64,000 nucleotides of DNA. Source: an uncultured bacterium (lineage in GTDB: Bacteria; Krumholzibacteriota; Krumholzibacteriia; JACNKJ01). The position numbers and the translations under genes are program-made. The stretch covers positions 1,152,001-1,216,000 of the forward strand of contig CAVOFT010000001.1 in the NCBI GenBank assembly GCA_963695095.1, written 5' to 3'. Shown one piece after another: positions 30,798 through 39,016 of the stretch (position 1 is the stretch's first letter; each line of letters begins with the position of its first letter). The notes under the pieces are model-generated. The model was not told the DNA's origin, ran no database searches, and saw only the letters and a program-made list of their open reading frames with translations.

Positions 30798-32656
30798 CTA
30801 GACGGCGGCGCCCTGCGTGACTTCGCTCTCGGGGTACTCGGCGGTGGCAGCGCTCCACTCGCGCAGCCTGGCGATGCGCGTGGCGTCCTCGGGCAGGGTG
30901 AAGGGCTGCCGGCCGCGGCCGTCGAAGATGAGGCCGACGACCCCGCCGCGCAGCTCGGTCTGCACTTCCTGGCCCTTGCCGCTGCCGATGTCGATGCCCT
31001 TCGCCGGCCGCAGCACCGCCCGCACCGGATCCTCGTAGGCGGCCGGCACCAGGAACAGCTCGCCGTGGGCGAGTTCGCGCTGGAGCGTCTCGCCGCCGGG
31101 CAGCTCGAGGCTGATGTCCATCAGCTTGCGGCCGGGCTTGGCCGCGCCCACCGGGGCCACGCAGGTGCCGAGATGGATGAGGCAGTCCTTGTCGAAGACC
31201 TCGGTGGCGGCGCGCTCGTTCACGGTGGAGAGCACGCCGAGCTGCGGCATCATGAAGATGGAGTCCACGGCGAGCTGGGTGACGCCCTCGGGCAGGAAGG
31301 CGTCGATCAGCATGCAGCGCCGCCTGGTGGCGGCGCGGCGCGTGGCAGAGCACGCCGCCCGAGCCGACGAGCAGGTCCAGGCTCATCATGTCGACGAGGG
31401 TCTCGCCCGAAGCGCTCTGATCGAAGGCGTCGGAGATCGTGCGCTCCTTCTGGACGCCCTTGAGGCCCACCGCGAACTGCTTGTGCTGGATGAAGGCCAG
31501 GCGCAGCGCCTCGCGGGCGATGGCCTGCTCGATCTTCAGCTCGTCCAGGGTCTGCGGAATCGTCGTCGGCCGGATCATCTTGTTGCCGATGCGGTTCATG
31601 CAGCTCCTGCTCGTCGATCTCGAAGCGGCACCCAGCGCAGCACGTTGGCGAGCCCGGCCTCGGCGAGCACGTTGCAGACGCTGTAGCTCATGCCCAGGTT
31701 GGCGCTCACCGTGCGGTTGAAGACGCCCTGGAAGACGCTGAAGACGTCCGTCGTGGCGCCGCCGATGTCCACGCCGACCACGCTGATGCCGGCGCGGCGG
31801 GCGACCGTCTCGATGATGGCGCCCACGGCGCCCGGGCGTGGGCATGATCGGCGCGTCGGTCCAGCTCATCAGCTTCTTGTAGCCGGGCGCCTGGGCCATC
31901 ACGTGCTCCATGAAGAGCTCGTGGATCTCGTCGCGGCTGGGCGTGAGGTTCTCGCGCTCCAGCACCGGCCGGATGTTGTCGACCACCTTGAGATCGGTAA
32001 CGTTGCCGAGCGTCTCCCAGATGGTCTGCCGCGCTTCCTTGTTGCCGGCGTAGATGACGGGCAGCTTGTAGCTCATGCCCAGGCGCGGCTTCGGATTGGC
32101 GGCGGCGAGGATCTCGGCCAGCTCGACGACGTGGCTGACCGTGCCGCCGTCGATGCCGCCGGAGAGCAGGATCATGTCCGGCCGCAGCTGGCGGATGCGG
32201 CGCGATCTTCTCGTGGGGCAGGCGGCCGTCGTTGCTGGCCAGCACGTCCATCACGATGGCGCCGGCGCCCAGGGCGGCGCGCTGGGCGCTCTCGCCCGGT
32301 CATCGACTTGACGACGCCGGCCACCATCATCTGCAGGCCGCCGCCCGCGCTCGACGTGGAGATGTAGATGTCCACGCCGCGGTCGCCCGCCATGGGCGTG
32401 ATGATCGTCTCGCCGTCGAGGAGCCGGCGCTCGGGGTTCTTCTGACGGCGAGCTCCTCCACCTCGAGCACCGCGTTGAGCACGCCGCGCGTGACGTCCTC
32501 GAAGGGCGCCTCCACGGTGGTGGGGGCCTCGCCGCGGAAGGTCTGCCGGTACTCGCCGTCCACCAGCTCGATCAGGATGGCCTTGGTGGTGGTGGAGCCG
32601 CAGTCCGTGGCTAGGATGGAACGGGCCTGGGCGTAATCCCGCTGCTTCTCGGACAC
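30798..32656 (-). CDS. Glutamate mutase L (GlmL/MutL)-like ASKHA ATPase, about 617 aa after repairing about 7 frameshifts
   Basis: 'TDCGSTTTKA', 'STSSAGGGLQM', 'PDMILLSGGIDGG', 'MPTPG', 'VDIGGATTDVFS', 'RTVSANLGMSYS' and 'LVGSGGVL' are spread over several frames. Confidence 0.8.
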
Positions 32657-32733
32657 GTCAACCTCTGCCTGGGTTCGAGCATGACAAGGCACTGCCGGAG
32701 CCGATCCGACGGTGCAAGCGCTTGAATGCGTGC

Positions 32734-32762
32734 ATCCTAGGGAATTCGGCCTGGAAAATCAA
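32734..32762 (-). promoter_or_regulatory. Sigma70 promoter of the GlmL-like operon
   Basis: Minus strand TTGATT-N17-TAGGAT. Confidence 0.55.
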
Positions 32763-32911
32763 GGCCGGCCGTCCGGGTTGTCGGGCGGGGCGGCCCGGGG
32801 CGCTGGCCGCGCTTTGCCGATCCCGCGCTCCGGAAGCTCCTTGGCAGGGAGGCAGGCCCCCGCTATTGTGCCCCATCGCGCCGGGATGCCGCCGGCGGGC
32901 CAGGAGTGGCG

Positions 32912-33658
32912 ATGGAGCTGCGCAGCGGACTCGAACAGCAGGGCGACTGGCTCTTCCGCCATCGGGGCACGCTGCCGCTGCTCCTGCTCGCGGTCCTGTT
33001 GCCGGCGCTCTGGGTGTCACCGCAGGTCGATTTCCCCTTCGGCGCCGTCGGCGCCCGCGTCTACCGGGGGCTGTGCATCGGCGCCGGCTTCGCGGGCCTG
33101 CTCATCCGCGTGCTCACGGTGGGCTGCGTGCCCGGCGGCAGTTCCGGACGCAACACCCAGGGGCAGGTGGCGGCGGCGCTCAACACCACGGGCATCTACT
33201 CGCTGCTGCGCCACCCGCTCTACTTCGGCAATGTCCTCACCTATCTGGCCATCGTCTCCTTCCCGGGCGTCTGGTGGGCCGCCCTGCTGGCGGCGCTGAT
33301 GCTGGCGCTCTACTACGAGCGCATCATCCTCGCCGAGGAGGCCTTCCTGCGCGCGCAGTTCGGGGAGGAGTTCCGCGCCTGGGCTCGGCGCACGCCGGCC
33401 TTCTTCCCGCGCTTCGGAGGCTGGCAGCCGGCCCAGCTCCGCTTCTGCCCCCGCACCGCCGCCCGCCGCGAGTACTCGGGGCTGCTGGCCCTCGTCCTGG
33501 CCTTCGCCCTGCTGCAGCAGGGCATGGACGATATCAGCCAGGGCGACTTCGTGCTCAACCGCCTCTGGGCGTCGCTGCTCGCCGCCGCCACGCTCGTCTA
33601 CCTGACCCTGCGCACGCTCAAGCGGCGGACCCGCCTGCTGCACATGCCCGGGCGTTAG
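32912..33658 (+). CDS. ICMT/PEMT-family membrane methyltransferase, LmtA (lipid A phosphate methyltransferase)-like
   Basis: 'QGDWLFRHRG', 'SGRNT..QVAAALNTTGIYSLLRHPLYFGN', 'YYERIILAEEAFL...TPAFFP'. Confidence 0.75.
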   Translation: MELRSGLEQQGDWLFRHRGTLPLLLLAVLLPALWVSPQVDFPFGAVGARVYRGLCIGAGFAGLLIRVLTVGCVPGGSSGRNTQGQVAAALNTTGIYSLLRHPLYFGNVLTYLAIVSFPGVWWAALLAALMLALYYERIILAEEAFLRAQFGEEFRAWARRTPAFFPRFGGWQPAQLRFCPRTAARREYSGLLALVLAFALLQQGMDDISQGDFVLNRLWASLLAAATLVYLTLRTLKRRTRLLHMPGR

Positions 33659-33752
33659 GCCCCGCTGGGGACTGGACCCGCGCGGCGCAGCTGCTATACT
33701 GCCGCGGCTTGGCCGGGCGGTCCGGCCGAGCCTGCCCCCGGAGGTCGTCCCC

Positions 33753-34520
33753 ATGTTTCGAGTCCCGCGCCATCTCCAGCTCGCCGCCACCTCTCTTGCC
33801 CTGCTGCTCGCCTGCGGGCCAGGCGCCGGGAGCGCGGCCGCGGCGGAGGGCGTCGTCGACGGCAGTTTCGAAGCCCAGAAATCGAGCGGAGACCTGCGCA
33901 AGGACGGCAAGGGCCCGGACTGGTACGAGAGCCGCGACGACGGCGAGGGGGCCAAGCTGCTCATGCTGAGCAGCAAGGACATCGGCGGCAACGCGACCAA
34001 GAAGGCCATGATCAAGGCCCACCCCGATCTCAACACCTACCTGAGCCAGCGCCTGCCGGCGCCGATCAAGGTGGCGGCCACGCTGCGCTACGACCTCTTC
34101 GTGCGCGAGATCCTGCCCGATGACAACCGCTCGGCCTTCTGCTTCATGGGCGGCATCAAGGACAAGCAGGGCGGACCCAATAGCACCGGTTCCGAACGCT
34201 TCGTCTTTCTCGGCTGCGAGAACGCGGCCACGCCCGGCAAGATGAATCTCTTCGCCCGCGAAGGGGCCAAGGGCTGGGACGCGCGCACCCTGGTGGCCAA
34301 GGACCTGGAGCTCGGCAAGTGGCACACGATCGTGGTGGAAGTGAACGTGCCCGAGGGCTTCTACGCGGTGCGCATCGAGGGGCGGACGCAGCCCTTCGAG
34401 CTGGAGTCCTTCTTCACCAAGGGCAGGACGCCGAGCCAGCTCACCCATCTCAGCTTCGCGAGCTGGAACGACGGCGCCGGCACCTTCTACGTGGACAAGG
34501 TCTCGCTCGAGGGCAACTGA
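33753..34520 (+). CDS. Secreted hypothetical protein, possible concanavalin/LamG-like beta-sandwich
   Basis: Signal peptide; 'GKWHTIVVEVN', 'GTFYVDKVSL'. Confidence 0.65.
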   Translation: MFRVPRHLQLAATSLALLLACGPGAGSAAAAEGVVDGSFEAQKSSGDLRKDGKGPDWYESRDDGEGAKLLMLSSKDIGGNATKKAMIKAHPDLNTYLSQRLPAPIKVAATLRYDLFVREILPDDNRSAFCFMGGIKDKQGGPNSTGSERFVFLGCENAATPGKMNLFAREGAKGWDARTLVAKDLELGKWHTIVVEVNVPEGFYAVRIEGRTQPFELESFFTKGRTPSQLTHLSFASWNDGAGTFYVDKVSLEGN

Positions 34521-34538
34521 GCTCCCAGCGGTAAAATC

Positions 34539-34571
34539 GAGCGCCCCCCGGAGCGATCCGGGGGGCGCTTT
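34539..34571. terminator. Intrinsic terminator between convergent genes
   Basis: AGCGCCCCCCGGA-GCGA-TCCGGGGGGCGCT followed by TT. Confidence 0.75.
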
Positions 34572-34597
34572 GCTTGCACCGAGCGGGAGCGCGTCGA

Positions 34598-35671
34598 TCA
34601 GGGCGCGCAGCCGGCATCCAGCCAGCGGCCGGCGAAGAAGCCGCCGCGGCCGGGGCCGCTGCGGAAGTGGCCGGCCAGGGTGCCCATCAGGGTCTCGGTC
34701 TCGTCGATCCAGTCGCCCTCGAAGCTGCCGGCGCCGCCGCTGCCGACGGGATCAGCCGCCCAGCTGCCGCGCAGGAAGCCGCGGAAGCTGCCGTCCCGGG
34801 CAATCCACTTGCCGCGGAAGCGCTGCTCGCCCTCGTCGGTGACGCCCCAGTGGCCGCGCAGGTGGCCGAGCAGCTCGCCCTCGTAGCTGAGGAAGGCGCC
34901 GCGGAAGATGCCGCGCAAGGCGGCCTCGCCCGGCCGATGCACCCAGATGCCCGCGAGGAAGCCGTTGGGGCAGTCCAGGATGGCCGGCGCCTGCAGGGAC
35001 ATCTGGTTGCCCAGCTCATCGACGTCCAGCAGGCCCTCGTAGCCGTCCAGGTCCGCCACGGGCAGGCTGGTGGTCGCCGGTCCCATCGCGATCGTGAGGG
35101 CGTTCGCCTCCGGGGCGTCCGGCGTGGGATCGATGACCTGCAGGAGCAGGCCGTCATAATGGGTGGTCGTGAGCGAGTGCAGGTCGACGACCTTCACATC
35201 CTCGCGGGGGAAGACCACCCAATCGGTCTGCCGCTCGAAGGCGATGCGGCGCAGGACCACGATGCCGCCGCGATCGACGCGGATCGACCCGGACCAGTCC
35301 GTCGCGGTCTCGATGTCCGGGTTGCCGGCGAGCTGGCCCCAGCTCAAGTAGAGATAGTGGACCTGGACGCCGGGCGTCGCCAGCATGGCCCGGATCTCGG
35401 GACCCATGCAGTGGTTGTCCCCGGCGGCGACGGCCAGCTCGAAGCGGTGGCGGAAGAAGTTGGGCTCGCCGAAGCCCGGCTCCTCATCCTCGGTGCCGTA
35501 GCCACCGTTGGCTTCTTCGAGATCGAGGTTGAGGTCGCTGTAGAGCTCGGCGTCGTAGAGCTCGGCCTCGGGATCGGCGCTGACGGCCTCGCTGCCTCCG
35601 AAGAGGCTGTTGCAGCCGGCGGCGCCCAGGGCGAGCAGGCCGATGAGCAGCAAGAGCGGAGTGAGTCGCAT
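34598..35671 (-). CDS. Lipoprotein with a Gly/aromatic beta-repeat C-terminus
   Basis: GAGGAG RBS, lipobox AAGC, repeated FxGxW/GxLxGxW strands. Confidence 0.8.
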   Translation of the reverse strand: MRLTPLLLLIGLLALGAAGCNSLFGGSEAVSADPEAELYDAELYSDLNLDLEEANGGYGTEDEEPGFGEPNFFRHRFELAVAAGDNHCMGPEIRAMLATPGVQVHYLYLSWGQLAGNPDIETATDWSGSIRVDRGGIVVLRRIAFERQTDWVVFPREDVKVVDLHSLTTTHYDGLLLQVIDPTPDAPEANALTIAMGPATTSLPVADLDGYEGLLDVDELGNQMSLQAPAILDCPNGFLAGIWVHRPGEAALRGIFRGAFLSYEGELLGHLRGHWGVTDEGEQRFRGKWIARDGSFRGFLRGSWAADPVGSGGAGSFEGDWIDETETLMGTLAGHFRSGPGRGGFFAGRWLDAGCAP

Positions 35672-35739
35672 GGTAGGTCTCCTCGTTCGCGGTTCCGGTG
35701 GGCCAGGGGTCGTCCCCTGCGGGGGACGAGCAGGGCAGG

Positions 35740-35808
35740 GCAAGGGGCATACCCGGGCAGCGTGGGGACTCGGGGTATTTCTCCAAGTGACTGGTAATGA
35801 ATGTCTTG
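35740..35808 (-). promoter_or_regulatory. Sigma54 promoter plus IHF-like site
   Basis: Minus strand GG-TATGCCCCTT-GC (35753-35740); upstream CAAGACATTCATTACCAGTCACTTG (35808-35784). Confidence 0.6.
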
Positions 35809-35955
35809 CCGCGGAAGGGGGGGGGAGGGTTTCCAGCCTGGCGCCCGCGGCGCTGCACCCTTTGGTGCGGCCGGCCGTCCGCTGCGGTGCGGGCTCAAAC
35901 GCCGAGCGCCTCCCCGGGATCGGGAAGGCGCCGCCGGGAAGCCGCTGGGCGAGGA

Positions 35956-36147
35956 CTAGGCCTTGGCCTGCTTCTCCAGGGTGCGCAGGGCGCGCGTGGA
36001 GATCCAGACGCGCTTCGTCACGCCGTCGATGGTGACGAGCTTCTTCTGGAGATTGGGGCGGAACCAGCGCGGGGTGCGGTTCTTGGCGTGGCTCACGTTG
36101 CGGCCGGCCCGCGGACCCATCCCGGTCAAGGCGCAGCGCTTGGACAT
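35956..36147 (-). CDS. rpmB: 50S ribosomal protein L28
   Basis: MSKRCALTG..GRNVSHAKNRTPRWFRPNLQ..VWISTRALRT. Confidence 0.96.
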   Translation of the reverse strand: MSKRCALTGMGPRAGRNVSHAKNRTPRWFRPNLQKKLVTIDGVTKRVWISTRALRTLEKQAKA

Positions 36148-36208
36148 GGCGATCTCCCCTGGAGCGTGGCGTCGAGAAGCCGGGCGCAGGCCCGGCCGAA
36201 GGATGCGC

Positions 36209-36237
36209 AATATACCAGGCGATCCGGCACCCGTCAA
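36209..36237 (-). promoter_or_regulatory. Sigma70 promoter of rpmB
   Basis: TTGACG-N17-TATATT with an extended TG. Confidence 0.7.
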
Positions 36238-36279
36238 GTGCGCCTGGCGCCCGGCCTTTCGCCTTGCGGGTCGCCGTCG

Positions 36280-37185
36280 CTACTTGAGCAAGGTCATTTT
36301 CCCCGGTGCATCGAGGTCGCGGCCGGCGGCGTCCTGCAGGCGGGCGAAGTAGACGCCCGATGCACTCTGCTCGCCCTGGGCATCGCGGCCGTCCCAGGCG
36401 AAGTCATGCGCGCCGCCGGCGATGGGGCCGGCGTGCAGCACCTTCACCAGGCGACCCGCACTGTCGAGGATGCTCAGGCGCACGCTGGCCGGCTGACCGA
36501 GGTCGAAGCTCAGGCGCGTCTTCGGATTGAAGGGATTCGGGAAGTTGGGCGCGAGCAGGGCCGCCAGCGGCGCGCTCTCGGCGGCAGTGGGCTGGGCCTC
36601 GTCGAGGGACAGGACCAAGCTATAGATGTAGTCGTCCAGGACCGATCCGCTGTTGTCGGCCGCGTTGCCCATGCCGTAGAGCGTGACCGGGCCGCTGCCG
36701 GCCGCGGGCGCCTGCCACTGCATCGTCCAGGTCTTGCTGCCGAGGGTGCCGGGCGCGGAGCCGGCCAGGGTCTGCTTGCCGTACTGGCGCAGGTGCGTGG
36801 CGATCACGCTGTCGGCCACCTGGGTCTCGGCGTCCACGGGCGAGAGCAAGCCCGCCTTGTCACCCGCGGCGTCGATCAGCGTGATCTCGAAGCCCCAGCG
36901 GCTGGCTCCGGGATCGGCGAGCTCGAGGCAGATGGTGTAGCTGTTGCCGGGGACGTACTGGCCGCCGCCCGCAATGCAGTTTTCGGCGAAGCTGCCGCTG
37001 CCGGAGTCCAGATCGAAACTGAAGTGGCACTGGGTGCAGTTGCCTTCGCCGGGGGCGCCGGTCTTGCCGTTGTAGGGGCCCTAGAGGAAGGCGAGGGCCA
37101 TCTCCACATCGATCAGGGCGCTGAGCGTGACGAGCACGGCGAAAAGAGAGAGCAGGGCGAAGAAGAGGGGACGCGTGACGCGCAT
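36280..37185 (-). CDS. Secreted CxxCH / Reeler-like (choice-of-anchor V-like) protein with FlgD-Ig C-terminus, interrupted by an in-frame TAG at codon 35
   Basis: MRVTRPLFFALL...ALAFL*GPYNGKTGAPGEGNCTQCH...RWGFEIT, in frame with ORF 36280-36849 (PNPFNP..GVYF). TAG at 37081-37083. Confidence 0.75.
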
Positions 37186-37394
37186 GGGGACCTCCCGATC
37201 AGGGGTGCGCGGCGTCACCGGGTGAGGGGCTGGCGCCGGCGAGATACCGTAGAGCTTACGCTATTTCCCTCCACCGCGGCAAGCAGCGACAGCGGCTAAT
37301 ACGTTGAAAGATCAAGACTTAGGGATCCCGATTTCCCTCCCGGCCCGAGGCGCTCGAGGACGCAGGCCGGCGGCGAGCATCCATCGCTCTCTCG

Positions 37395-37423
37395 TTGAAG
37401 CGCTTGCGGCGCTGTGCTAGCCT
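37395..37423 (+). promoter_or_regulatory. Sigma70 promoter of the M16 operon
   Basis: TTGAAG-N17-TAGCCT with an extended TG. Confidence 0.5.
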
Positions 37424-37483
37424 GCCCTGCCTTGCCCGTTGCGGCCCATCGACCCACCGCTCCCTGATCCCAGGAGGTTTCGC

Positions 37484-39001
37484 ATGTCCTGCCGGACACG
37501 CCTGGCGCTCTGCGCCGCCACCCCGCTTCTCGCGCTGCTCCTTGCCGCCGGCGCCGGGCCGGCGCAGGCCGGCTATGAAGAGATGGCCGGCCAGGTCCAG
37601 GAGATCACCCTGGACAACGGTCTCAAGATCCTGCTCCTGGAGCGCCATGACGTGCCCGTCTTCTCCTTCTGGACCTACGTCGGCGTGGGCGGCGTCGACG
37701 AGGAAGGCGGCAAGAGCGGCATCGCCCACATGTTCGAGCACATGGCCTTCAAGGGCACGCACGAGCTGGGCAGCCTGGACATCAAGCGCGAGCTGAAGGC
37801 GATGGACGCCATGGAGGAGGTCTATGCGCAGATCCAGGCCGAGCGGCTCAAGGGCGACGCAGCCGACGCCGCTCGCCTGGCCACGCTCGAGGCCCGCTTC
37901 GACGCCCTCGAGGCCGAGGCGGACGGCCTCGTCGACACGAACGCCTTCGGCAAGCTCGTCGAGGCCCACGGCGGCGTCGGCATGAACGCGATGACGAGCT
38001 GGGACGAGACGCAGTACTTCTACAGCATGCCGTCGAACAAGCTCGAGCTGTGGTGCCTGCTCGAGAGCGACCGCTTCATCAATCCGGTGCTGCGCGAGTT
38101 CTACAAGGAGAAGAACGTCATCCTCGAGGAGCGCAACATGCGCACCGAGAGCCAGCCCCAGGGGCGCCTGTTCGAGGAGTGGGTCTGCGCCGCCTATCTC
38201 GGCCATCCCTACGGCCGGCCCGTCATCGGCCACCGCAGGGATATCGAGCTGTGGAGCCGCCGCGACGCGGAGGACTTCTACCAGCGGCACTACGGCGCGC
38301 GCAACATGGTGATCGCGGTGGTGGGCGACGTCTACCGCGCCGAGATGGAGCAGCTCGCCCAGAAGTACTTCGCGAAGATCCCGGCCGGCCCCGGTCCGCA
38401 GCCCGTGCGCACGGTGGAGCCGGAGCAGCTCGGCGAGCGGCGCGTGGTGATCGAGGAGAACACCCAGCCCTTCATCTTCATCGGCTATCACATTCCGGCC
38501 AAGCGGCACGCCGACCGCCCGGCCATCGGCGCCCTGGCCAGCATCCTCGGCCAGGGCCGCGCGAGCCGGCTCAACGTGCGCCTCGTCAAGCAGGAGAAGC
38601 TGGCGCTCTTCTCGGGCGCCTTCGAGGGGCTGCCCGGAGACCGCTATCCCGCGCTCCTCACCCTGATCGCCGTGCCGAACAAGGATATCACCGTCGAGGA
38701 CGTGGAGGCGGCCATCTACGCAGAGGCTGCGCGCATCGTCGATGAGGGCGTCACCGAGACCGAGCTGGCCGGGTACAAGAGCCGCGCCCGGGCCCAGTTC
38801 ATCCGGGACCTGGAAGGCAACCAGGGCATGGCCGGCCAGCTCTGCTGGGCGCAGATGATCCTGGGCGACTGGCGCGAGCTGTTCACCCAGCTCGCGGCCA
38901 TCGACGCCGTCACCGCCGCCGACGTGCAGCGGGTGGCCGGTGAGATCTTCCGCACATCCAACCGGACGGTGGGCGTCATCAAGACCACCGTGGGCAGCTA
39001 G
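37484..39001 (+). CDS. M16 (pitrilysin-family) zinc peptidase, catalytic subunit
   Basis: Signal peptide, 'TLDNGL', HxxEH 'AHMFEHMAFKG', 'NAMTSWDET', 'HPYGRPVIG'. Confidence 0.93.
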   Translation: MSCRTRLALCAATPLLALLLAAGAGPAQAGYEEMAGQVQEITLDNGLKILLLERHDVPVFSFWTYVGVGGVDEEGGKSGIAHMFEHMAFKGTHELGSLDIKRELKAMDAMEEVYAQIQAERLKGDAADAARLATLEARFDALEAEADGLVDTNAFGKLVEAHGGVGMNAMTSWDETQYFYSMPSNKLELWCLLESDRFINPVLREFYKEKNVILEERNMRTESQPQGRLFEEWVCAAYLGHPYGRPVIGHRRDIELWSRRDAEDFYQRHYGARNMVIAVVGDVYRAEMEQLAQKYFAKIPAGPGPQPVRTVEPEQLGERRVVIEENTQPFIFIGYHIPAKRHADRPAIGALASILGQGRASRLNVRLVKQEKLALFSGAFEGLPGDRYPALLTLIAVPNKDITVEDVEAAIYAEAARIVDEGVTETELAGYKSRARAQFIRDLEGNQGMAGQLCWAQMILGDWRELFTQLAAIDAVTAADVQRVAGEIFRTSNRTVGVIKTTVGS

Positions 39002-39016
39002 GCGAGGAGGCCAACG

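Noticed and set aside
29161..32175. 1004-aa ORF as one protein
   Set aside because: Chimera of GlmL-like fragments and off-frame readthrough caused by frameshifts.
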